From an uncultured Gemmatimonadales bacterium (GTDB lineage Bacteria; Gemmatimonadota; Gemmatimonadetes; Gemmatimonadales; Gemmatimonadaceae): a DNA stretch of 64,000 nt. The position numbers and the translations under genes are program-made. Of the stretch, positions 53,792 through 62,813 are shown one piece after another. The number at the start of each line of letters is the position of its first letter. Position 1 is the stretch's first letter. The stretch covers positions 256,001-320,000 of the forward strand of contig CAWBZV010000005.1 of NCBI GenBank assembly GCA_963793305.1, given 5' to 3'. The notes under the pieces are model-generated. The model worked only from the letters and a program-made list of their open reading frames with translations. It searched no databases and was not told the origin of the DNA.

Positions 53792-56208
53792 TGTGTCACC
53801 GTGTCGGCGACAGGGGCGGGAATGCTGGGGGTCTTGGCACTGCGCCGTGGGCCAACCGTAGGCGCCGGTGCCGGTGGCGCCGCGCGCAATGCGATCACGA
53901 GCACGTCGTCCATGGACTTCACGGCGTGGAACGTGACAGTCTGGCGGACTTCCTCGGGCAGCTCCTCGATCTCACGCTCATTGCCGTATGGCACGATGAT
54001 GTGTCGCACGCCGGCTCGATGCGCGGCCACGGCTTTCTCCTTCAGCCCCCCGATGGGCAACACGCGCCCACGCAGGGTGATCTCCCCGGTCATCGCGATA
54101 TCACCGCGAACCGCCCGGCGCGTCAGCGCGCTGACGATCGCGGTCGCGATGGCAATCCCGGCGCTTGGCCCATCCTTTGGCGTCGCTCCCGCGGGGATAT
54201 GGACATGGATATCGCGATTGCGGTAGAAATCGCGATCAATCCCCAATTCCTTGGCCCGGCGGCGCGCATACGAGAGCGCCGCCGACGCCGACTCTTTCAT
54301 GACTTCGCCGAGCGTACCGGTGAGTTGCAACTTCCCGCGACCACGCACGACGCTGACCTCGATCTCGAGCGTCTCGCCACCGACGGACGTATACGCCAAT
54401 CCCCGCGCGACGCCCACGACGTCCTCGAAGGACAGGTCGTCGGGATCGAACGGCGCGGGGCCGAGCAACGCCTTGAGATCACTCGCCCCGACGAGCGCCG
54501 TCGTCTCCGCCGGTGCGGCCTCGGCGCGTCTCCGCGCGAGCTTGCGCGCCACGCGAGCGATCCGGCGATCGAGCTCGCGCACGCCCGCCTCGCGCGTGTA
54601 CCCGCGGAGTATGCCGGGCAACGCATCGCTCGCCCACGTCACCGATTCGGGCGCGAGACCGTTTCTCGCCAATTGCCTGGGTACCAGAAACTGCCGGGCA
54701 ATCGCCAGCTTCTCGTGATCGAGATATCCGCTGAGCCGCAAGATCTCCATGCGATCCCGTAACGGCTCCGGGATAGTCTGGAGCGAATTCGCGGTCGTGA
54801 TAAACAGCACTTGCGAGAGATCGTAATCGAGCTCGAGATAATGATCGTTGAATGCTCGATTCTGCTCGGGATCCAGCACTTCGAGTAACGCAGCCGACGG
54901 GTCCCCTCGATAATCGGCGCCGAGCTTGTCGATCTCGTCCAGCAAAATGACGGGATTCACCACCTCGGCTCTCTTCATGGCCTGAATGATCCGTCCAGGC
55001 AGAGCCCCAATGTATGTGCGGCGATGACCCCGTATCTCGGCCTCGTCCCGCACGCCGCCGAGGGACATGCGCACAAATCGCCGCCCAAGCGCCCTGGCTA
55101 CCGATTGCCCGAGCGAAGTCTTGCCGACACCCGGCGGACCGACGAGACACAAAATGGGTCCTTCCAGTCGCCCAACCAGAGCCAACACCGCTATGTAGTC
55201 GAGAATGCGGTCTTTCACGTCCTCGAGCCCGTAGTGGTCTTGGTCCAGCACGGTCCGAGCATGTTCGACGTCCAGAACGTCATCCGTGCGCGCGGTCCAC
55301 GGCAGGGACAACAGCCAATCGAGATAATTGCGCCCGACCGTAGTCTCGGGAGACATCGGAGCCGTTCGGCGGAGTTTTCGCAACTCACGCCGTGCCCGCG
55401 CCGCGACCGGTTCGGGCAATCCGCGCTTGGTGATCTCCGCGTCGACCTCACCGAGGTCGTCGCCCTCGTCCTGCCCGAGCTCGCGATTGATCGCGCGCAG
55501 TTGCTCCTGCAGATAAAATTCGCGCTGATTCTGAAACAGCGACCCTCGGACATCGTCGTCGATCTTCCGCTCGAGCCGCAGGAGCTCGATCTCGGCGCCG
55601 AGGACCCGCCCGAGCGCGGTCCACAGCTCGACGGCCGTCTCCGCATCGAGCAACGCCTGCTTCGCATCGTGCCGCAGCACGAGATGCGCGGCGATCGCCA
55701 TGGCGCGCCGCTCGTCTGATTCGATCGCCTGCACGAGCGCGACGACTTCGTCGGGAATCCGCCGGTGCAGGGCGACGTACTCCTCGAACCGCGCCATGGC
55801 CTGGCGACTCTCGACGGCCGGCGTCTCGCCAGCCAGCGCATAAGGCGCGACGGCCGCGCGCAAGAGCTTCGCGCTGGGCAGATACCGCGTCACACGCGCC
55901 CGCGCGAGGCCCTCGACGAGGACTTTCGCCGTTCCACCGGGCATACGAGCGAACTGCAGGACCCGCCCGATGACGCCGACGCGGAACAGGTCGGACGCCG
56001 CTGGGTCCTGGACTTCGCCGCTTTCCTGCGCTACGAGGAGGAGATACTGGTCGCCGGCAATCGCTGCCTCGACCGCGGCGAGCGATGCCGGGCGGCCGAC
56101 GAGCAGCGGGATGACGACGTGCGGAAAGACGACGACTTCGCGCAACGGCAGGACCGGCAGACGGTCCTCGGTCGTGATCTGCTCGCCGTCACGGGCAAAG
56201 GTGGGAAC
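53788..56208 (-). CDS. lon: ATP-dependent protease La
   Basis: LPVLPLR N-domain (upstream of the called ORF), GPPGVGKTS, GHRRTY.G, PKDGPSAG; exact start uncertain. Confidence 0.95.
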   Translation of the reverse strand, partial: VPTFARDGEQITTEDRLPVLPLREVVVFPHVVIPLLVGRPASLAAVEAAIAGDQYLLLVAQESGEVQDPAASDLFRVGVIGRVLQFARMPGGTAKVLVEGLARARVTRYLPSAKLLRAAVAPYALAGETPAVESRQAMARFEEYVALHRRIPDEVVALVQAIESDERRAMAIAAHLVLRHDAKQALLDAETAVELWTALGRVLGAEIELLRLERKIDDDVRGSLFQNQREFYLQEQLRAINRELGQDEGDDLGEVDAEITKRGLPEPVAARARRELRKLRRTAPMSPETTVGRNYLDWLLSLPWTARTDDVLDVEHARTVLDQDHYGLEDVKDRILDYIAVLALVGRLEGPILCLVGPPGVGKTSLGQSVARALGRRFVRMSLGGVRDEAEIRGHRRTYIGALPGRIIQAMKRAEVVNPVILLDEIDKLGADYRGDPSAALLEVLDPEQNRAFNDHYLELDYDLSQVLFITTANSLQTIPEPLRDRMEILRLSGYLDHEKLAIARQFLVPRQLARNGLAPESVTWASDALPGILRGYTREAGVRELDRRIARVARKLARRRAEAAPAETTALVGASDLKALLGPAPFDPDDLSFEDVVGVARGLAYTSVGGETLEIEVSVVRGRGKLQLTGTLGEVMKESASAALSYARRRAKELGIDRDFYRNRDIHVHIPAGATPKDGPSAGIAIATAIVSALTRRAVRGDIAMTGEITLRGRVLPIGGLKEKAVAAHRAGVRHIIVPYGNEREIEELPEEVRQTVTFHAVKSMDDVLVIALRAAPPAPAPTVGPRRSAKTPSIPAPVADTVTH

Positions 56209-57461
56209 TACGCCTCCTTCTTCTGTCGCTTAGGCGCGATCTCCAGCAGCGGTGGCGCGGCGTTGGTCACCGTCGATTCGATGACCTTGACCTCCACCAC
56301 ATCCTCCCGGCTCGGGAGGTCGAACATGATTTCCGTCAGCATCTCTTCGAGGATCGCTCTCAGGCCTCGAGCGCCCGTCCCTCGCTTGAGGGCCTTATTC
56401 GCGATCGCCTTGAGCGCGCTCTCCTCGAACGTGAGCTTGACCTCTTCCAGGTCGAACAACTTGGCATACTGCTTGGTGAGCGCATTCTTCGGCTCTTTCA
56501 GTATGCGCACCAGCGACTCTTCGTCCAGCGCCTCCAACGGCACCGCGACCGGGAGTCGCCCAACCAACTCGGGAATCAACCCGTAGCGCAGCAAGTCGTC
56601 CGGCTCGACATCGGCGAACGGATTTTTCACCGCCCGTTTCGCGATCAGGCCGACACTCATCTCATCCTTGGAGAACCCAATCTGCTTTCTCCCGGTCCGC
56701 GCCTCGATGATTTTTTCCAATCCGTCGAAGGCGCCACCGCAGATAAACAGGATGTCTTTCGTATTGATCTGAATGTATTCCTGTTGCGGGTGCTTCCTGC
56801 CGCCCTGAGGCGGAACAGAAGCGACCGTTCCTTCGAGAATCTTGAGCAGCGCCTGTTGGACGCCTTCGCCCGACACGTCGCGTGTGATGCTGGGATTCTC
56901 CGACTTGCGAGCGATCTTGTCGATCTCGTCGATGTAGACGATCCCGCGCTCGCACTCGGCGACATTAAAATCGCCCGCTTGCAGCAGGCGAACGAGGATG
57001 TTCTCGACGTCCTCGCCGACATACCCGGCTTCCGTGAGCGTCGTGGCGTCGGCGATGGTGAACGGCACATCGAGAATGCGAGCGAGCGTCTGCGCCAACA
57101 GCGTTTTCCCGACGCCGGTCGGCCCGATCAGCAGGATGTTCGACTTGTCGAGCTCCACTTCGTCATCGCGCAGCGACGCCGAGTTGATGCGCTTGTAGTG
57201 ATTGTAGACCGCGACCGCCAGCGCCTTTTTCGCCCGCTCCTGCCCGATCACATATTGATCGAGCACGTCCTTGATCTCCTGAGGCGACGGCACCTGCGTA
57301 ATCGCTTCCGCAACCTCCCGCTCTTCGTCCTCGGCGAGGATCTCGTTGCAGAGCGCGATGCACTCGTTGCAGATGTAGACGGACGGGCCCGAAATGAACT
57401 TCCGGACCGAGTCCTTCGACTTTCCACAGAACGAGCAGCGGAGGTGTTTATCGTGGGACAT
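56208..57461 (-). CDS. clpX: Clp protease ATP-binding subunit
   Basis: CSFCGK..ICNEC zinc finger, [21 protein letters not shown] loop, TGARGLR. Confidence 0.98.
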   Translation of the reverse strand: MSHDKHLRCSFCGKSKDSVRKFISGPSVYICNECIALCNEILAEDEEREVAEAITQVPSPQEIKDVLDQYVIGQERAKKALAVAVYNHYKRINSASLRDDEVELDKSNILLIGPTGVGKTLLAQTLARILDVPFTIADATTLTEAGYVGEDVENILVRLLQAGDFNVAECERGIVYIDEIDKIARKSENPSITRDVSGEGVQQALLKILEGTVASVPPQGGRKHPQQEYIQINTKDILFICGGAFDGLEKIIEARTGRKQIGFSKDEMSVGLIAKRAVKNPFADVEPDDLLRYGLIPELVGRLPVAVPLEALDEESLVRILKEPKNALTKQYAKLFDLEEVKLTFEESALKAIANKALKRGTGARGLRAILEEMLTEIMFDLPSREDVVEVKVIESTVTNAAPPLLEIAPKRQKKEA

Positions 57462-57531
57462 AGCGACGCCAGGGGACGACTGGGATACGAGCCTGCCGAG
57501 AACTAACAGCCGTGCTAGGACCGGTCAATAT

Positions 57532-57599
57532 GATAGCGATGCGGCGCGCAATGATCATGTGAAGCTTTTCACAAAGGTATCGTGCGCCGCATCACTATC
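57532..57599. other. Long inverted repeat between clpP and clpX
   Basis: 18-bp arms 57532-57549 and 57582-57599, 16/18 complementary; no U-tract. Confidence 0.7.
57557..57574. promoter_or_regulatory. Rex-like (also CRP-compatible) operator palindrome upstream of clpX
   Basis: ATGTGAA-GCTT-TTCACAA versus Rex consensus TTGTGAA-N4-TTCACAA; contains TGTGA-N6-TCACA. Confidence 0.55.
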
Positions 57600-57606
57600 G
57601 TGTAAG

Positions 57607-58236
57607 TCATGCTGTCACGGTGGGTTGTTTCGAGGCCTCAATGACCTCGCCGCGTTGAGCGACGATATTGTCGATCAATCCGTAGCCCTTTGCCTCCTCC
57701 GCGGACATGTGATAATCGCGCACGATGTCGCGCTCGATTTGCTCGACCGGACGGCCCGTGTGCTTCGACATGAGCTCATTCATCTGCGCCCGCAGATACA
57801 GAATCTCGCGTGCCTGGATCTCGATGTCGGCCGCGGTGCCCGACGCGCCACCGGACGGCTGGTGGATCATGATCCGCGAGTGCGGGAGCGCCGAGCGGCG
57901 ACCCTTTCTGCCCGCTGAGAGCAGGAACGCGCCCATACTGGCCGCGAGGCCCATGCACGTCGTGTTCACCGGGCTCCGCAGGTATTGCATCGTATCATAG
58001 ATCGCCAGACCAGCCGACACGCTGCCGCCGGGCGAGTTGATGTACAGATAGATATCGCGGTCCGGGTTGTCGGCATCCAAGAACAACAACTGCGCGATCA
58101 CAATGTTCGCGACATCGTCGTTGATCGGCGTGCCGAGGAAAACGATGCGGTCCATGAGGAGCCGCGAGAAAATGTCGTACGTGCGCTCGCCGCGGCTCGA
58201 CCGCTCGATCACGTACGGAGGATAGATCGTCGCCAT
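57607..58236 (-). CDS. clpP: Clp protease proteolytic subunit
   Basis: [29 protein letters not shown]. Confidence 0.98.
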   Translation of the reverse strand: MATIYPPYVIERSSRGERTYDIFSRLLMDRIVFLGTPINDDVANIVIAQLLFLDADNPDRDIYLYINSPGGSVSAGLAIYDTMQYLRSPVNTTCMGLAASMGAFLLSAGRKGRRSALPHSRIMIHQPSGGASGTAADIEIQAREILYLRAQMNELMSKHTGRPVEQIERDIVRDYHMSAEEAKGYGLIDNIVAQRGEVIEASKQPTVTA

Positions 58237-58299
58237 ACTCACCAAAGCCTCGTGTTCGCCCTTCGTTGAGACTGCACTTGTCCGATGGCACTCGCTTCG

Positions 58300-58527
58300 C
58301 TTCGTGCCGCAGGTGCTCTCACTTCGTGTCCGCAGGTGCTCCCACTTCGTGCCCGCAGGCGCTCTCACTTCGTGTCCGCAGGTGCTCCCACTTCGTGCCC
58401 GCAGGCGCTCTCACTTCGTGTCCGCAGGTGCTCCCACTTCGTGCCCGCAGGTGCTCCCACTTCGTGTCCGCAGGTGCTCCCACTTCGTGCCCGCAGGTGC
58501 TCCCACTTCGTGCCGCAGGTCCTCTCG
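58300..58527. repeat. Tandem array, 10 units of 22-23 bp (CTTCGTG[C/T]CCGCAGG[T/C]GCTC[C/T]CA)
   Basis: Directly visible head-to-tail repeats with no spacers, in the tig-clpP intergenic region. Confidence 0.95.
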
Positions 58528-58643
58528 CATCACACGCCTGTAACTTCGCCAACGTCACAACGTTCTCTACTCTTGCCGCCCGTCATTGCGTCGCCGCCCC
58601 TACGTTCGCTACACACGGTCGCGCCGAAGGCGCGCTGTGTACC

Positions 58644-59892
58644 TCACGCCTCGGTGACGGCGTTCCGTTCCATAAGCCACTTGAACACTTTATCCTCGGT
58701 GACGCCGCGCTCGATCTCACGAAGCCGCCCGGCTTTCTGGAGCGACGCATACACCTCAGCCACGTTCGCTTTCCGTTTCGCCGCGGTCTCGGCGATCCGA
58801 TCATCGACCTCGGCCTCGGTCGCCCCGAGTTTCTCTTTCTCAGCCACCGCATCGATGATGAGATCGCGCCTCACCTGCCGCTCGGCCATCGCATTGAACT
58901 CGGTCGTGAACCGCCCACGATCCTCCTGCGGGATCTGATATGCATTGGCATACGCGTCGACGAGCTGCGCCACCCAACTCGGCGGGACGTTCGAACGGAT
59001 TCGCGCTGGCGATCTCGTCGAGCAACTTCTGCCGCACTGCCGCATCCGCGTCGCGCGTCGCATGCTCCTCGAGATCCGTCCGCACGGTCTTTTTCAATGC
59101 GTCGAGCGAATCAAAATCCCCGACTTCCCGCGCGAACGCATCGTCGAGCGGAGGCAACACTTTGCGCTTGACGTCCTGCAAGGTCACGCGCACGGGCTTC
59201 GTCTTGTCTCTTTGGGTCTCGTCGGGGAAGTCCGAAGGCCACTTGACCGGCCGCTCGATCGTCTGACCGGGCTTGGCCTCCATGATCAGCTCTTCGATCC
59301 CGGGAATCGCCTGGCCGCCGCCGAGCACGATGCGATACTCCTTGCCTTCGGCCGGGATGGCCCCGTTGTCGTCAGCCGTCGCCAGCAGCACCGTCACGAG
59401 GTCGCCCGGCGACGGGCTCTCGTCAAGCGGCGCCCATGTGGCGCGCTGATCGCGCATCTGCTCGATCTGCTCGGTGACATCGTCGTCCCGCACCACATTC
59501 GTGGGGCGCTCGACGCGGAACCCGGCGAGCCGCGGCAGCGGCACTTCGGGCCGAACCTCCAGGTGCAACTCGAACGTCAGATCCTGACCTTCAGCGAACT
59601 TCACATCGTGCACGTGTGGCTGAGCCGCCGGCTTGAGATGCTCTTTCTCCAGCGCCTGCTTGGCCGCTTCCTGGATCAACGACTCGATCGCCTGCTGCCG
59701 GATCGCTTCCCCAAACCGCTTCCTTACCATCGCCGCCGGCGCCTTGCCGGGGCGGAACCCCGGCAGCCGCACGTTCGACGCATATCGCTGCGCCGCCGAC
59801 TCCTCGGCCACCAGCACGTCGGCGGCCGGCACCGAGACCTCCAGCAGCCGTTCGGCGCCCGTTGTTTTCTTAGCTGTTACCTGGATGTTCAT
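58644..59892 (-). CDS. tig: Trigger factor; apparent +1 frameshift near 58992
   Basis: LPGFRPGKAP ribosome-binding signature, EVRPEV, IPG.EE, LP.LDDAFA; upstream of clpP. Confidence 0.93.
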
Positions 59893-59901
59893 AGGGGAAT
59901 A

Positions 59902-60342
59902 TTAACCCCCGCCCTTGGGCCGCGCTCGCAGATGCCGCTGCTGGCCCACGGCGTATGCCTCACGGAGCCAGCTCACAAAATCGCTATCGATCTCGCCGGG
60001 TTCGGTCAGGCGGAACACATGCACATGATTCCGCGCCGAAATCGTGTCAATGCGCCGGAACCTTGGGTGCTCCAAACGCCTCGCCAGCACGACATGGCCG
60101 TCGAGCCATTTACGCCGGGGCGTCACCTGCGCAAACGACATTCTCACCTGAAACGCTATTCGGGTCTTCTCAGGGAGAACGATGACGGGGCCGATGCCTT
60201 TGACGGCGGCCACCACCGCCTCGTAAAGCGCCTTGACCCGCGGCTCGACTTTCTCGAAGTGGTGCGCCAGGTCGTGGCGCCCGCACGCATGCGACTGATT
60301 CGCATTAGCGAATCGCCGCCCACACTTGGCGCAGCGCCACAT
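59902..60342 (-). CDS. DUF5655-like protein with N-terminal zinc finger
   Basis: MW.C.KCGR.FAN.NQSH.C, KT.IAF..R..FA, H.FRL....EID. Confidence 0.75.
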   Translation of the reverse strand: MWRCAKCGRRFANANQSHACGRHDLAHHFEKVEPRVKALYEAVVAAVKGIGPVIVLPEKTRIAFQVRMSFAQVTPRRKWLDGHVVLARRLEHPRFRRIDTISARNHVHVFRLTEPGEIDSDFVSWLREAYAVGQQRHLRARPKGGG

Positions 60343-60345
60343 AGA

Positions 60346-60402
60346 TGCTCGGGGCGGGACTTGAACCCGCACGTCTTTTGGACACAGGATCCTAAGTTCT
60401 GC
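60346..60402 (-). pseudogene. 3' half of tRNA-Leu(TAG); probable att junction of an integrated element
   Basis: Minus strand: CAGAA-CTTAGGA-TCCTG anticodon arm (one mismatch), long variable arm, GCGGG-TTCAAGT-CCCGC T-arm, CCCGAGC-A acceptor 3' strand; no D-arm or correctly spaced 5' acceptor strand upstream. Confidence 0.85.
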
Positions 60403-60913
60403 CCAGTCGCAGCGAGCGGTCCCGCCCCCCTCTAAAGATAGAAGCAAGAAACGGCACGACGAACCAACGAACGGCAGGGTCGCGGTCACAGTTCTGATCA
60501 CAGCGCGACCCGTTGGAAAGTCCCGCGCACATCGCGATACCGAGGGCCACGCGGTAGGTCGTGAGACGGCGCGAACGCTCGCCCCGCCCTTACCCGTTAA
60601 GGTACAACCGGGGCCCGCCAGGGCGCCGGCTAGGCCGGCATCAGCCGGCCGTGGCGCTGTTGATCGTCTGGAGCGCGTCGCGGGCAATCGCGGTCATACG
60701 GAGCGCCTGGACGGCATCCTCGCCCGCGCGCTCACAGGAATCGCGCGTCGCACCGCCCAGCGCGGCGACCTGGGCCGCGCCCGTCTGCTGCGCGCCGTTG
60801 CCGGCGACACTGTGCCACACGCCCGCCGCGCCGAGTGGCGGCCGTGACGGCGATTGTGCCGGACCGCAATGCGCCCTCTACTAGCTGGCGCGCAGCGCGC
60901 GGGCGTAAGCGCG

Positions 60914-60924
60914 CTTCTCGATAC
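60914..60924 (+). other. Candidate double-strand origin nick site (CTCGATA)
   Basis: One mismatch to the pC194/phiX174-type CTTGATA; about 50 bp upstream of rep, same strand, preceded by GC-rich palindromic sequence. Confidence 0.5.
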
Positions 60925-60975
60925 GTTAGCACATCTCGTCACGACCGGCGCAAATCGAGACCCGACCGGCTCGTC

Positions 60976-61885
60976 ATGGCGGCCCGCGCCAAAGGATTGA
61001 CATACGCGATGGCCACGCGGCTCATGATGCTCAAGAGCCCACTCTGGCGGTCATATCGCAACACGCTGTTCTGCACGGACTGCATCACGTCGACTCCAGA
61101 GGGCGGACGGGCGAAACGTTGCGGCAATCAGATGGTGCATGGTGTGCGGCCGCATCCGCGCGGGCAAGGCGTTCCGGCGGTACTACCCCATCGTCAGCCG
61201 ATGGCGCGATGCCCAACACGTCATCCTGACGATCCCCAACGTCGCGCGGCTCGCGCTCGCCGGCGCCATCGACGCAATGTTCGTGGCAACGTCACACGTC
61301 ACGCGCACGATGCTACGTGTTCACGGTGTCCGCCTCGAGGCGCTGCGTAAGCTCGAGAACACTCACAACCCGGCGCCCCTCGACGGCGTGCGCGAAATGC
61401 ACCCGCACTTCCATTTCGTGGTCAAGACAGCGCGCATGGCCACGCTGATGGTGGACCTTTGGCTAGCGGCGTTCCCCGACGCGGTGCGTTGCGCGCAGAA
61501 GATCGTCCCTGCCGACGCGACCGTGGTCCACGAGCTTTTCAAGTATTTCACCAAGCTGGTGGCCAAGCGCGGGCATGCTGACGGATCGACGGCGACAGAG
61601 TTAGCCGATCCCGATGCGCTCGACATCATGTTCCGCGCAATGCGGCGCCGCCGCGTTTTTCAGCCGATCGGGTTCAAGGGGCTCGCGGTGGATGAAGAGG
61701 AGCCAATCCCTGACGATGAGATCGAGGCCGGCATCCGCACGCGCCTCGGCGAGCCCGGCACCGCGTGGTATTGGTCGCAAGATCGGCTCGACTGGTTGAA
61801 CGCGGCGGGCGTCGCGCTCGCCGGCCACGACCCGGGTAATCGGTTCCGTGAACTGGTCGAGGGCTACGGTCGCGGGCCGCCGTAA
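60976..61885 (+). CDS. rep: Rolling-circle replication initiator, Rep_1 (pC194-like) HUH endonuclease; apparent +1 frameshift near 61129
   Basis: Cys cluster (C...CGNRWCMVC after correction), motif 1 VILTIPN, motif 2 HPHFH, motif 3 ELFKYFTK. Confidence 0.85.
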
Positions 61886-61955
61886 GGGGCCACGGTTCCC
61901 GGCAAAATCCATCCGAAATTCCGCGCGAAATCCTGGGGGCCGAGGGCCGACACCC

Positions 61956-62062
61956 CGGAGACCGAGCACGAGACCGAGCGTGAAACCGAGCGTGAATCTG
62001 AGCCGGAATCTGAGCCGGAATCTGAGCGGAACCCGAACCGGAACCCGAACCGGAACCCGAGC
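61956..62062. repeat. Nine degenerate 12-bp tandem repeats
   Basis: cggagaccgagc/acgagaccgagc/gtgaaaccgagc/gtgaatctgagc/cggaatctgagc x2/ggaacccgaac/cggaacccgaac/cggaacccgagc. Confidence 0.85.
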
Positions 62063-62088
62063 GCCCCCTGTTCCGCGCGATTCCCTCG

Positions 62089-62262
62089 CTACTTCCGCTT
62101 CGGCTCGTCGGCCCGTCGATCGGCTTCGCGCAGCAGAACCAAGCGCGCCCACGAGCTCATGTCGCGATGGTCGACCCATGCGGCGTGCTCTATGCGCTTC
62201 TTCTCTGCCAGGCTCAGCCGTATCACGAACCGCTGATCGCGCGTCTCAGGCGTCTTAGGCAT
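62089..62262 (-). CDS. Ribbon-helix-helix-like DNA-binding protein (MobC/CopG/TacA-like)
   Basis: RDQRFVIRLS.AEK..IE.AA......MS.WAR..LL. Confidence 0.7.
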   Translation of the reverse strand: MPKTPETRDQRFVIRLSLAEKKRIEHAAWVDHRDMSSWARLVLLREADRRADEPKRK

Positions 62263-62385
62263 ACGAGGGCAACATAGGTACAATGGGGCGCCTTGTCTGT
62301 TTGCCTATGGGACATCTTAGGCGTCTTGTTGCACTCTGAGGCACACATCGCCTACATTCTCCGCCGACCTCACAACGGAGAGAAC

Positions 62386-62601
62386 ATGCACATGTCGAAC
62401 GTTGCGGCTCCCTGGTGGCTCGGCACCGCTATGGACGCGGTCATGTGCGGTGTCCTGATCTGGTCGATCATCACGCTGACGAAGCGGGCCAAGCGTACCA
62501 TGGACGAAGCGGACAAGGCCTTCGGCGGCATGGGTCGCGACATCGACCGCATACGCCGCGACCTCGGCGATGACGACGAGCCGTGGCAGCGGGAGAGTTG
62601 A
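62386..62601 (+). CDS. Small single-TM hypothetical protein
   Basis: SD GGAG; hydrophobic segment followed by KRAKR and an acidic tail. Confidence 0.6.
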   Translation: MHMSNVAAPWWLGTAMDAVMCGVLIWSIITLTKRAKRTMDEADKAFGGMGRDIDRIRRDLGDDDEPWQRES

Positions 62602-62813
62602 CCAGCGTGGCCCCCGACGGCCGACGCCTAGCACCGCGAGACATTGACCGTCTGTTCGCTCTGTGCGATGCACTGACGGACTCGCTCATCTTCAAGTCGT
62701 GGCCGCCGACGCGCCGGGTATCCGTGCGGAGACTTTGGCGTCTCCATACGCAAGGGCGCCGATTGGCCGAGTACACGGCAGCGCTCATTGCACGACTCGA
62801 TCGGCGCCAATGA
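62598..62813 (+). CDS. Small hypothetical protein
   Basis: TTGA and ATGA overlaps with both neighbours. Confidence 0.5.
   Translation: MTSVAPDGRRLAPRDIDRLFALCDALTDSLIFKSWPPTRRVSVRRLWRLHTQGRRLAEYTAALIARLDRRQ

Noticed and set aside
58300..58527. CRISPR array
   Set aside because: Units are contiguous with no unique spacers, and there are no cas genes in the window
58266..58938. ORFs with repetitive peptides over the 23-bp array, including the long clpP N-terminal extension
   Set aside because: Artefacts of a stop-free repeat; ClpP homology starts at MATIYPP (58236)
60346..60430. Complete functional tRNA-Leu
   Set aside because: No D-arm, a mismatched anticodon stem and no correctly spaced 5' acceptor strand
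60430..60945. Integrase or other gene directly beside the att junction
   Set aside because: Only short ORFs without motifs (one ~59-codon minus-strand frame ending near 60641); no tyrosine or serine recombinase signature
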